From: Acidobacteriaceae bacterium
GTDB taxonomy: Bacteria; Acidobacteriota; Terriglobia; Terriglobales; Acidobacteriaceae
Length of the DNA stretch: 64,000 bases
Direction: 5' to 3'
Assembly: GCA_965276585.1 (NCBI GenBank)
Contig: CBDIAZ010000003.1
Coordinates: forward strand, 509,200-573,199
Positions 19,180 through 27,720 of the stretch are shown here, one piece after another. Numbering within the stretch: position 1 is the stretch's first letter; the number at the start of each line of letters is the position of its first letter. The notes below the pieces were generated by a model. The model saw only the letters and a list, made by a program, of their open reading frames with translations, ran no database searches and was not told where the DNA came from. The position numbers and the translations under genes were made by a program.

Positions 19180-20076
19180 CTACGAGCGCGCAACAGGCTC
19201 ATTTCGCATGGCGGCAAACTCGCGCGGCGTCGGAATCGGCTCCAGATTCCGCCCGGCAAACATGTCTTCAAACAAACGAATCATCTCCGCGTGGATTTTC
19301 CCGTTCGTTGCCAGCACCTCAGCACTCGCCAGATGAAACTGTCCGCCATCGATATACGTCACCATTCCGCCAGCCTCCGTCACCAGCAGAACGCCCGCCG
19401 CCGTATCCCAGGAGTTCAGATTGAACTCCCAATAGCCATCGAGTCGTCCGCAGGCCGTGTACGCAAGGTCAAGTGCTGCCGAACCAGCTCGCCGCACACC
19501 ATGCGATCGCAGCGTGAACTCATGATAAAAATGCACGTTCGGATTGCCATGTCGCTTGCGGCTGGGAAATCCCGTCGCGATCAGCGACTCCGCCAGCGAA
19601 GCCGTGGAAGAAACCTGCATGCGCCGGCCATTCAGATACGCGCCCTGTCCCTTTTCCGCCAGAAACATCTCATCGCGCAAAGGATCGTAGATCACCGCGG
19701 CAATCAGATCGCCATCGGCATCCGCTGGCGTACCTGCCGGTCGATGCTCCAAACCCATCGACACACAGAATGCCGGAAAGCCATGCGCAAAATTCGTCGT
19801 GCCATCCAGCGGATCGATGTACCAGCGGTACTCGCAATCCATCCGCGCCCGCGTTCCCTCCTCACCCAGGATGCCGTGGCTCGGCCATTGGGCATGCAGC
19901 CGCTCCACCAGCAGCGTTTCGCTCTCGCGATCGGCCACCGTCACCAGGTCGACTTCGCCCTTGTATTCCGTCACCACGCCGCGTTCATAATGCGCGCGCA
20001 ACAGCGCTCCGGCAGCCCGCGCCATCTCCGATGCCGGTCCCGCGTATTTCAATTGATCAAGATCGGCCGCACTCAT
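19180..20076 (-). CDS. suhB: Inositol monophosphatase family protein (SuhB-like)
   Basis: 298 aa. IMPase motifs WYIDPLDGTTNF and GEE..., plus the C-terminal WDTAAG motif. Confidence 0.85.
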   Translation of the reverse strand: MSAADLDQLKYAGPASEMARAAGALLRAHYERGVVTEYKGEVDLVTVADRESETLLVERLHAQWPSHGILGEEGTRARMDCEYRWYIDPLDGTTNFAHGFPAFCVSMGLEHRPAGTPADADGDLIAAVIYDPLRDEMFLAEKGQGAYLNGRRMQVSSTASLAESLIATGFPSRKRHGNPNVHFYHEFTLRSHGVRRAGSAALDLAYTACGRLDGYWEFNLNSWDTAAGVLLVTEAGGMVTYIDGGQFHLASAEVLATNGKIHAEMIRLFEDMFAGRNLEPIPTPREFAAMRNEPVARS

Positions 20077-20375
20077 ACCTGCACATCCTCCGCGGCGTCT
20101 TTCTCCTTGCGCGGTGCCGGGCGGCGAGTCTTTTCCGTAATGGTCAAGATCTGGCGTTTATAGATAAACAGATTCGGCTTGCCTTCGCGCGTCAGCCGGA
20201 TCATGCGATCGTCGAAATACTCGATCCAGCCATGCAGGCTCTCGCCATCGCGCAGTTGAATCACCACCGGCGTCTGCCGCTCGCTCAACATGCGCAGATA
20301 AATCGCTTCCTGCCCGGTTTCCGAATGCGGCTGATGAGATTTTTGCTTGCGGCGGCCATTCGTAGAGGGATTCAC
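20073..20375 (-). CDS. Hfq-like Sm-fold RNA-binding protein
   Basis: 100 aa. The core RQTPVVIQLRDGESLHGWIEYFDDRMIRLT...FIYKRQILTI parallels Hfq Sm1 ([27 protein letters not shown]) and Sm2 (YKHAIS). Basic N- and C-terminal tails. 4-nt overlap with the suhB start. Confidence 0.6.
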   Translation of the reverse strand: MNPSTNGRRKQKSHQPHSETGQEAIYLRMLSERQTPVVIQLRDGESLHGWIEYFDDRMIRLTREGKPNLFIYKRQILTITEKTRRPAPRKEKDAAEDVQV

Positions 20376-20395
20376 AACGCCAGTATATCGCTTCC

Positions 20396-21124
20396 CTATA
20401 GCGCCTTAGAGTCGGCTGGTGACGGCATCGCGATCTCCGCGGGAAACGGTTCGCCATCCGCCCACACCGCGCCGTCCACGAAATATTCCTTCTTCCAGAT
20501 GGGCACTGTTTTCTTCAGCGTATCGATGACGAAGCGGCAGGCTTCAAACGCAGGCGCACGGTGCGCCGAGGCGACCGCAATCCATACGCTGGTTTCGCCG
20601 ATCTGCAACCGCCCCAGTCGATGCGCCAGCACAATCTCGCGCACCTCAAAGCGGATTTTCGCCTCCCGAACCAGCGCCTGCATCTGACTGAGCGCCATCG
20701 CTTCATACGCTTCGTAATCGAGGTACAGAGTGCGGCGGTCGCGGGTCTGGTTGCGAACGACACCGTCGAAAACAACTATTGCGCCATTCGCGCCGTTTCT
20801 CAATTCCGCCAGCAGAGCTTCGGGGCAAATCGGCTCCCGCTGCAGCCGGACCGGCAAGTTTTGCGGGGCATTCTCTTCCCGCCCGCCACTTACCGGCGGC
20901 AGAAGCGCCACTTCATCTCCATCGCATAAGATATGCGCCGGCGCTGCATATTCTCGGTTCACGGCCACCGCCAGCGAACCGGCAAATTTCCGCACCTCTG
21001 GAGCGTTATCCATAAAACGGCCGAGAAACTCGCTCACTGTAGCACTGTCCGGCAACTCGAACGTCTCAGCTGACCGCGCTACGATCTCCTTCAAGCCGCC
21101 AAACAGCAGAACTCGTACTCGCAT
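20396..21124 (-). CDS. Fused molybdopterin synthase, MoaD (sulfur carrier) - MoaE (catalytic) in one polypeptide
   Basis: Residues 1-81 are MoaD-like and end in ...LLPPVSGG. After a 10-aa linker the remainder is MoaE-like (GAIVVFDGVVRN, VWIAVASAHR, IWKKE). Confidence 0.85.
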   Translation of the reverse strand: MRVRVLLFGGLKEIVARSAETFELPDSATVSEFLGRFMDNAPEVRKFAGSLAVAVNREYAAPAHILCDGDEVALLPPVSGGREENAPQNLPVRLQREPICPEALLAELRNGANGAIVVFDGVVRNQTRDRRTLYLDYEAYEAMALSQMQALVREAKIRFEVREIVLAHRLGRLQIGETSVWIAVASAHRAPAFEACRFVIDTLKKTVPIWKKEYFVDGAVWADGEPFPAEIAMPSPADSKAL

Positions 21125-21175
21125 GAATCGAGTGTAGTTTGTTGCGGTCGATACAATCGGCGATATTCTCGGTAA

Positions 21176-22045
21176 CTATGCGGCCTTTTGTTTGCGGCTC
21201 GCTAGCTCTTGAATATATTGCCTCATGGTGCGCGGTTCCCGGCCCAGAACGGCGTGCAGAACCAAGGCGTTTCCGCCAGGAAAACCATACTGGTCGTAGT
21301 CCGCATACATGCGTTTTAATCCCTCGCGAACGGGCCCATCTGAAATCTTGGCCTTCCGTGCCCACTCCTCGAAAGACGGTTCGCCGGCCTCTATCTTCCG
21401 CCCCAGCGTCTCACTCATCATGGCAGTGAGCTCAATTCGATTCACCATTCCTGGCGAGCAGAGCTCGAAGACACCATAATCCAGTTTGTTGCTCGTCAAG
21501 GCGAGCGCCGCCGCTTCCGCAACATCCCGATAATCTACATAGCTGGCCTTTGCCTGTTTCGAATACGGCAGCGAGTAGCGGCCCTGCTCGGTCACTTCGC
21601 TCCATCCCGTGTCCAGGTCCTGCATAAACATCGTCGGCTGGAGAACCGTGAATGTCATGCCCGACTCATAGATCGCCTCCTCAACCGGCCGCTTCGCCGA
21701 ATGATTGGTCAATTTAGAGATAGAAGGATGGATCACGCTGGAGAAGGTGAATTTGCTTACGCCACCCGCTTTCGCGGCGTCCACCATCGCGACTCCCATA
21801 TCGGCCTCATGGGACGCAAACACAGGGTTGATATGGAAAACGCCGTCCATTCCCGCCACTGCCGATGAGAGACTTTCGGGATTTTCCAGATCTCCGATGA
21901 CCGTCTCGTCCGCCCCGTGCTCGCGCGCAGCCCGTTCGCTGCCCTTTTCCCGAATCAAAGCACACACTGTGGCTCCGCGTCTCTTCAGTTCCGGGACGAC
22001 ATGACTGGCAAACTTGCCAGTGGCTCCTACCATCAAAATTCGCAT
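21176..22045 (-). CDS. NmrA-family / NAD(P)H-binding SDR-like protein
   Basis: Start at ATG 22045 with an AAGGAGGGAG SD. Rossmann motif MRILMVGATGKFASHV. The track ORF (to 22144) would overlap the upstream gene. Confidence 0.8.
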   Translation of the reverse strand: MRILMVGATGKFASHVVPELKRRGATVCALIREKGSERAAREHGADETVIGDLENPESLSSAVAGMDGVFHINPVFASHEADMGVAMVDAAKAGGVSKFTFSSVIHPSISKLTNHSAKRPVEEAIYESGMTFTVLQPTMFMQDLDTGWSEVTEQGRYSLPYSKQAKASYVDYRDVAEAAALALTSNKLDYGVFELCSPGMVNRIELTAMMSETLGRKIEAGEPSFEEWARKAKISDGPVREGLKRMYADYDQYGFPGGNALVLHAVLGREPRTMRQYIQELASRKQKAA

Positions 22046-22140
22046 CTTCTCCCTCCTTATTCTTGGTGGGATGCACCGGACGAAGGGCGCGGATGGCCGC
22101 GCAAGACCGGATACAAAGCACGCGCGAATGGCGACTCGCG

Positions 22141-22716
22141 TCAATTCCGCACGTCAGAGGCCAAACCATCCATACGCAACGGCAACTCCGGCTGTGTTGA
22201 GTCCACCGGATACCAAACCCGCCCGCCCTCGACACGTGCAAACGAAGTCAGCGCATGCGGTTTGCGATGCGTCTTTCCCGCCGTACTGACAAAAATATCT
22301 TCGACGGAACGCTGATGCACCAGCAGAGCGTCCCCGATCAGCGAACGATGACATCGCCATGGCACTGCCTCGGAACACATAATCGCCGCCGTTCCATCAT
22401 CCAGCTTCATCAGCTCCGCCAGCGCAGCTTGGAAAGTTTCCGTCTGCATGTAATCCGCATACCCGCGAAAGCTGGTGTTGCGCCAGCCCATATTCATGGA
22501 ATCCTTGCGCGCCGGCCGCAGACCGCCCAGCTCCCACATCCAGCGATATCGAATGCCGTTAGCCTCAAGCGAAGCCGCCAGCGCTTCTCCGCCAAATTGC
22601 GGATTGTGGCGCGACTTCGGAATTGTCCGCACATCGATCAACAGCTCCACGCCGTTTTCCTTCAGCGCCTGAAGAAAGATATCGATCGACAGCGTGGAGT
22701 GGCCAATAGTCAGCAT
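22141..22716 (-). CDS. DUF488 domain-containing protein
   Basis: 191 aa. DUF488 pattern MLTIGHS ... LIDVRTIPKSRHNPQF. Confidence 0.8.
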   Translation of the reverse strand: MLTIGHSTLSIDIFLQALKENGVELLIDVRTIPKSRHNPQFGGEALAASLEANGIRYRWMWELGGLRPARKDSMNMGWRNTSFRGYADYMQTETFQAALAELMKLDDGTAAIMCSEAVPWRCHRSLIGDALLVHQRSVEDIFVSTAGKTHRKPHALTSFARVEGGRVWYPVDSTQPELPLRMDGLASDVRN

Positions 22717-22741
22717 GACGAAATGGAATTATTTTTCAAGT

Positions 22742-22868
22742 GAGTCATTCTGAGCGTAGCGAAGAATCCAGAGAATATTGGCCTCATAAGCGGAAGCCGA
22801 CACCCTTTGGATTCTTCACTTCGCTGTGCGCAGTTACTCCTGAGAAGCCGATGGGTTCAGAATGACTC
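22742..22868. repeat. Interspersed repeat family 1, palindromic (MITE-like) copy
   Basis: Perfect 12-bp terminal inverted repeats GAGTCATTCTGA (22742-22753) and TCAGAATGACTC (22857-22868). Arms GTCATTCTGAGCGTAGCGAAGAATCCA and TGGATTCTTCACTTCGCT are complementary. Lies between the lon stop and the DUF488 start. Confidence 0.8.
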
Positions 22869-22876
22869 CATCCCTC

Positions 22877-25345
22877 TTACGCCTGCGCGCCCGCCAGCAC
22901 CTGGGCCGGTACTTGCGTCGGAGCCGGTTCCTGTTCGAGAACCTGCTCCAGCACCCGCGGCTTCAAAGCATCCGGCAGCGCAATCGCCAGTACGTCTTCA
23001 ATCCTCCGCGCATAGTGGATCGTCACCCCGGCCAGCTGCTCCGGCAACAGGTCCTCTTCCACATTCAGCCGGTTTTCCTCCGGCAGAATAATGTCGCGAA
23101 CCCCAGCCCTGCGCGCCGCCAGAAACTTCTCTTTGATGCCGCCCACCGGCAGCACATTGCCGCTCAGCGTAATCTCGCCCGTCATCGCCGTCAGCGGACG
23201 CACCTGCGTGTCCGTCATCAGCGAAACCAGCGTCGTCGCCAGCGTCACACCCGCCGAAGGTCCATCCTTCGGAATCGCGCCCGCCGGAATATGCACATGC
23301 AGATCGACTTCCGAATTGAAGTCCTCCTTCAAGCTCAGAATCTTTGCATTCGACCGCACCCAGGTCAGCGCCGCCTGCATGGACTCCTGCATCACTTCGC
23401 CAATCTGGCCGGTCATGGTGAAGCCGCCCTTGCCCTTCATGCGGTTGGCTTCAATGAACAGGATTTCCCCGCCCGAAGGCGTCCACGCCAAGCCAACGGC
23501 AACCCCTGGCCGCTGCGTGCGTTCGGCGATCTCCGTCTCCACGCGAACCTTGATTCCGCCCAGAAATTCCTGCACCACATCCGCCGTCACCACCAGTTTG
23601 TCCGTTTTGCCCTCAGCCTTGCGCCGCGCCTGCTTGCGGCACACCGTCCCGATCCACTGTTCCAGCTTGCGCACTCCAGCCTCGCGCGTATAGTGCCGCA
23701 CGATGCTGCGCACACTCTCTTCTGGAAATTCAATGTCCTCGGGCGCGATGCCGTTTTCCTTGATCTGCCGCGGAATCAGATAGCGATAGGCAATATGCAC
23801 CTTCTCGTCTTCCGTATACCCGGTCAGCTCGATGATCTCCATACGGTCGCGCAGCGGCTCCGGAATCGGGTCCAGCTGGTTCGCCGTGCAGATAAACAAT
23901 ACCTTCGACAAATCGAACGGCACATCCAGATAGTTGTCGCGGAAGGTATTGTTCTGCTCCGGGTCCAGCGTTTCCAGTAACGCCGACGACGGATCGCCGC
24001 GGAAATCCCGCCCCAGCTTGTCGACTTCATCCAGCATGAACACCGGATCGTTCGTCTCCGCGCGCCGCAGCGACTGCATAACCTGTCCCGGCATCGCTCC
24101 GATGTACGTGCGCCGGTGCCCGCGAATCTCCGCCTCATCGTGCATGCCGCCCAGCGATATCCGCTGGAACTTCCGCCCCAGCGCCCGCGCAATGCTCCGC
24201 CCCAGCGAGGTTTTGCCCACGCCCGGAGGCCCGACAAAGCACAGAATCGGCCCCTTCATATCCGGCTTCAGCCTGCGCACAGCCAGGTAATCCAGAATTC
24301 TCTCCTTCACCTTTTTCAGGTCGTAGTGATCTTCGTCGAGAATCTCCTTCGCCCGCACGATGTCCACTTCGCTGCCGGAAGACTTCGCCCACGGCAACAC
24401 CGCCAGCCACTCGATGTAATTCCGCGTGATCGAATAATCCGCCGCCATCGGGGACATCCGCGACAACCGGTTCAGCTCCTTCAGCGCCTCTTTCTTCACC
24501 GCTTCCGGCATCCCCGCGGCTTCCAGTTTTTCCCGCAGCTCTTCGATATCTTTCTGGCCCTCGTCCATTTCGCCGAGTTCCTTCTGGATCGCCTTCAACT
24601 GCTCGCGCAGATAATAATCCCGCTGCGACTGCTGCACCTGGTCCTGCACCTCCGACTGGATCTTGTTGCGCAATTGCTGAACTTCCAGCTCCTTCGCCAG
24701 ATGCCGGTTGATGCGCGACATGCGCGCCAGCACATCTGGAGTCTCCAACAATTCCTGTTTGTCGACCGTCGTCAGAATAGGCAACGAAGAGGCAATAAAG
24801 TCCACCAGCCGCCCCGGCTCGTCGATGTTGAGGGCAATCGTCTGCAATTCATCCGACAACGTCGGCGAGACGGTCACGATCTGCTGAAACTGCGACAAAA
24901 TATTGCGCTGCAGCGCCTCGGTTTCGGCGCTCTTCTCCGGCTCGACGTCGTCCATCACGTCCACTTCCGCCGTCATATACGGCGCCGCCTGGTCGAATTC
25001 CGACAGCTTCACCCGCTCCGTCCCCTCGGTAAACACGAAGAGGCTCTGATTCGGCATTTTCACCACTTTGTGAACTGTTGCCAGCGTTCCCACCGAGTGC
25101 AAATCCGCCGGCTGGGGAGCATCCATCCGCGCCTCACGCTGGGCCACCACAATGATGGTCTTTTCTTCCCCGAGGGATTGGACCAGCTGGATGGAACTCT
25201 CCCGTCCAACCGTCAGCGGCAGCACCGCATGGGGAAAAAGAACTGTATCCCGTACCGGCAACACAGGATAGGTCTGCTTGGAACTGCTTTTTTCTCGGCC
25301 TTTGCGTTCACCGGGCTGAATGACACTTAGAAAATCACTAGACAT
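22877..25345 (-). CDS. lon: ATP-dependent Lon protease
   Basis: 822 aa. Walker A GPPGVGKTS, catalytic Ser context PKDGPSAG, LAN N-terminal domain. Confidence 0.97.
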   Translation of the reverse strand: MSSDFLSVIQPGERKGREKSSSKQTYPVLPVRDTVLFPHAVLPLTVGRESSIQLVQSLGEEKTIIVVAQREARMDAPQPADLHSVGTLATVHKVVKMPNQSLFVFTEGTERVKLSEFDQAAPYMTAEVDVMDDVEPEKSAETEALQRNILSQFQQIVTVSPTLSDELQTIALNIDEPGRLVDFIASSLPILTTVDKQELLETPDVLARMSRINRHLAKELEVQQLRNKIQSEVQDQVQQSQRDYYLREQLKAIQKELGEMDEGQKDIEELREKLEAAGMPEAVKKEALKELNRLSRMSPMAADYSITRNYIEWLAVLPWAKSSGSEVDIVRAKEILDEDHYDLKKVKERILDYLAVRRLKPDMKGPILCFVGPPGVGKTSLGRSIARALGRKFQRISLGGMHDEAEIRGHRRTYIGAMPGQVMQSLRRAETNDPVFMLDEVDKLGRDFRGDPSSALLETLDPEQNNTFRDNYLDVPFDLSKVLFICTANQLDPIPEPLRDRMEIIELTGYTEDEKVHIAYRYLIPRQIKENGIAPEDIEFPEESVRSIVRHYTREAGVRKLEQWIGTVCRKQARRKAEGKTDKLVVTADVVQEFLGGIKVRVETEIAERTQRPGVAVGLAWTPSGGEILFIEANRMKGKGGFTMTGQIGEVMQESMQAALTWVRSNAKILSLKEDFNSEVDLHVHIPAGAIPKDGPSAGVTLATTLVSLMTDTQVRPLTAMTGEITLSGNVLPVGGIKEKFLAARRAGVRDIILPEENRLNVEEDLLPEQLAGVTIHYARRIEDVLAIALPDALKPRVLEQVLEQEPAPTQVPAQVLAGAQA

Positions 25346-25385
25346 GAGTCACCTTCTATCAGAACTGTTGCTATATAGACGCTAA

Positions 25386-25413
25386 ATTTTAGCTAAAGTT
25401 GCAAATCTTGCAA
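25386..25413 (-). promoter_or_regulatory. Candidate sigma-70-type promoter of lon
   Basis: On the minus strand: TTGCAA, 16-nt spacer, TAAAAT, about 45 nt upstream of the lon ATG. Overlaps two small palindromes, TTGCAAGATTTGCAA and GCTAAAATTTAGC. Sequence-only prediction. Confidence 0.3.
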
Positions 25414-25486
25414 CGCAAAAAGATCGTCCACGCTCGACTCGCACCCGTCTTGGTGGCGACCATCCGCTTGACGGGCCCAATCGCTT

Positions 25487-25939
25487 TCAATCGGTCATTT
25501 CTGGGGAATTACGCTCCCTTTTTCTCGCATCGACGGAGTGAACGTAAGCCCCACCAGCAGCCCGTCTGGATCGAGAAATCTGCTCACGGTTTGACCCCAC
25601 GGTTCCTTCCTGTTCTTGATAAGCATTCGATGTCCCATCGATTCCAGCTCCGCGGGCTCTCTCGACACTATTTACATCGAATTCAAGCCAGGCGTGGGGC
25701 ACTTGCAAGCTATCCGGCCAGATGCTGTTGCCGAAACAAGACTCCGCAGCCTGGGAGAGCGGCCAAAGAGCGAAGTGCTTGGCGCCTGGAATGGCACCCG
25801 TATGGAGATAGCCGCCACTCTCCTCTTTGAAGGGAATGTCGAGCGTCTCGACGTAAAGTCTGCGGCTGGTATTTGTATCGCGGACGACCGGCCCAAAACC
25901 TGCGATGAAAAGAATTTCGATTTTTCCCAGCCCTTGCAT
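25487..25939 (-). pseudogene. VOC (glyoxalase/bleomycin-resistance) family gene with an apparent +1 frameshift
   Basis: Frame A from ATG 25939 (GGAGAGGAG SD) gives a VOC-like N-terminal part up to ...EFDVNSVERA, then a non-homologous tail. The frame shifted by one base continues ELESMGHRMLIKNRKEPWGQTVSRFLDPDGLLVGLTFTPSMRE (stop at 25495-25497), a typical VOC C-terminus. The shift maps to the GGG run at 25654-25656. Confidence 0.6.
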
Positions 25940-25980
25940 CGCATCTCCTCTCCATTTGGTGAAAGCTTTGGCCGCCCCTT

Positions 25981-26808
25981 TTAATTCGATGCATGATTCA
26001 ATGCCGAATACCGCCCCAACTCCTTGACGATCGGGCAAATTTCCCGCAATGTCTCGAGCACCGCATCCGGCTCCGCGTTTCCCGGCAGGGTCACGTCGGC
26101 ATAGAACATATATTCCCAGGGCCGTCCGGTAATGGGCCGCGATTCGATTTTGGTCAGGTTCAAATTGCGCGCCGCAAACACTCCCAGCGCTTCCAGCAAT
26201 GCACCTGGCCGATTTTCCAGCGAAAATACCAGCGACAGCTTTGACGGCGACATCGCCGCCGGAATCGCCCCACGCTGCCGGATCAGCCAGAACCGGGTAA
26301 AGCTCTCGGCATGGTCCTCGATCCCGGCCTCGAGAATCTCCCCGCCATATTGCACCGCCGCCTGCTTACTGGCGATCGCCGCCAGTTCCGGCTTCCTCTC
26401 CTGCATAATGTGCTTCACGCTGCCGGCGGTGTCGTAAAAACTGGTCGCTTTGAACCGCGGATGCGCGGCAAAAAATTCCTTGCACTGCGCCAGCGCTACC
26501 GGATGCGACAGCACATGCCGCACGCTTTCAATCTCCGTTCCCGGCGCGGCGATCAGGTTGTGCCGGATGCGCATCTGCAGTTCGCGTTCAATCGCAAATT
26601 CATGCTCGAAAAACAAATCGTAGAAATCGACCACAGACCCGGCCAGGCTGTTCTCGACCGGAATCACTGCCGCTTCCACCTCCGAACAATCCAGCTCCCG
26701 CAGCACATCGCTCGCCGTTCTGCAAGGCGCCACCACCGCCTGCGGAACCAGCGTCAAAGCCGCTTCATGGCTGAAAGAACCCAGTTCTCCCTGGATCGCA
26801 ACCCGCAT
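25981..26808 (-). CDS. pheA: Prephenate dehydratase (PDT + ACT domains)
   Basis: 275 aa from ATG 26808 (GGTGAGGTAAGG SD). PDT-type sequence MRVAIQGELGSFSHEAA, VIPVENSLAGSV, TRFW and a C-terminal ACT-like domain. Confidence 0.9.
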   Translation of the reverse strand: MRVAIQGELGSFSHEAALTLVPQAVVAPCRTASDVLRELDCSEVEAAVIPVENSLAGSVVDFYDLFFEHEFAIERELQMRIRHNLIAAPGTEIESVRHVLSHPVALAQCKEFFAAHPRFKATSFYDTAGSVKHIMQERKPELAAIASKQAAVQYGGEILEAGIEDHAESFTRFWLIRQRGAIPAAMSPSKLSLVFSLENRPGALLEALGVFAARNLNLTKIESRPITGRPWEYMFYADVTLPGNAEPDAVLETLREICPIVKELGRYSALNHASN

Positions 26809-26930
26809 CCTTACCTCACCTGGAAATTTGTCATGGTTGAATTTAATTCGCGCTCGCGGCAACTTCTTTGGCCTACCGCGCAACTTATCACAGGTACAAG
26901 GCTTCGACCGACTGTAAGGAGACAAAAACA

Positions 26931-27083
26931 ATGTTGTGGACCATCTTCGTAATTCTTCTGATCTTGTGGCTGCTGGGATTTATCGGCTTCCACGTTTTAG
27001 GCGCGTACATTCATATCCTTCTCGTTATCGCGGTTATCGTTCTCATCTTCGCCATTATCGGCGGGCGCCGATCCGCGCTTTAA
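26931..27083 (+). CDS. Small membrane protein, lmo0937 family
   Basis: 50 aa from ATG 26931 (AAGGAG SD 9 nt upstream). MLWTIFVILLILWLLGFIGFHVLGAYIHILLVIAVIVLIFAIIGGRR matches that family's pattern as I remember it. Confidence 0.7.
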   Translation: MLWTIFVILLILWLLGFIGFHVLGAYIHILLVIAVIVLIFAIIGGRRSAL

Positions 27084-27218
27084 GATCTGCGCTTTAACCC
27101 GAAGCCGTTTTGAATCGGCGGGGCGTTTGCACATGCGTGGCGCGCCCCGCTCAAACCAAACTGTCAGCTTCCAAATCCCCACACGGAATCTGACCCCAAA
27201 GCAGGAAGGGAGCACCCC

Positions 27219-27524
27219 ATGAATAACGATCAAGTTTCCGGAAAAATGGATCAGGTCGCGGGAAAAATTAAACAGGGCGTCGGCGAAGCCGTCGGCAATG
27301 ACAATCTGGCCAATCGCGGTGTAGCGGACCAGGCGAAAGGCGCTGCCAAAGAAACATGGGGCAACGTGAAAGATGCCGCGAATAAGAATGCCGCGGACGA
27401 AGCCCACGACACCCGCCAGACCATCACCGACAAGGTCCAGAATCTGAAAGACAACGTCAACGACAAGATCGATGCCGCGAAAGAACAGCATCGCATCAAC
27501 GAAGCGAAAAACCGCACCGCATAA
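27219..27524 (+). CDS. CsbD family general stress protein
   Basis: 101 aa. CsbD pattern GKMDQVAGKIKQGVGEAVGNDNLANRGVADQAKGAAKE. Confidence 0.85.
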   Translation: MNNDQVSGKMDQVAGKIKQGVGEAVGNDNLANRGVADQAKGAAKETWGNVKDAANKNAADEAHDTRQTITDKVQNLKDNVNDKIDAAKEQHRINEAKNRTA

Positions 27525-27577
27525 AGTGAGCTTGCTTCCACCCCAACGTCCAGGACGAGAGGGAAGGCCAGACGCAT

Positions 27578-27624
27578 AATGCCCCGAAGAAGCTGAAAAG
27601 CTTCTCGGGGCATTTCCGCGTTTT
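27578..27624 (+). terminator. Rho-independent terminator of the csbD-like gene
   Basis: Stem AATGCCCCGAAGAAGC / GCTTCTCGGGGCATT (one bulge) with loop TGAAA, followed by TTCCGCGTTTT. Confidence 0.65.
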
Positions 27625-27644
27625 GCAGCTTTATCTTAGATCCC

Positions 27645-27682
27645 GTCATCCTGAGCGCAGCGAAGGATCCAGAGAATTCCGG
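27645..27682 (+). repeat. Interspersed repeat family 1 (short subtype)
   Basis: GTCATCCTGAGCGCAGCGAAGGATCCAGAGAATTCCGG. Same motif as at 22744, 30733 and 57701. Confidence 0.75.
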
Positions 27683-27720
27683 CGGATTGAAGACCGTTCG
27701 TCCCACAGAAAACAAAGATT

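Noticed and set aside
22862-25330. Plus-strand ORFs 22862-23980 and 24116-25330 (372 and 404 aa) opposite lon
   Set aside because: Arg/His/Gln-rich antisense translations of lon.
25381-25413. CIRCE (HrcA operator) upstream of lon
   Set aside because: The palindromes GCTAAAATTTAGC and TTGCAAGATTTGCAA share only the TTAGC half-motif with TTAGCACTC-N9-GAGTGCTAA. The arm length and spacing do not fit.
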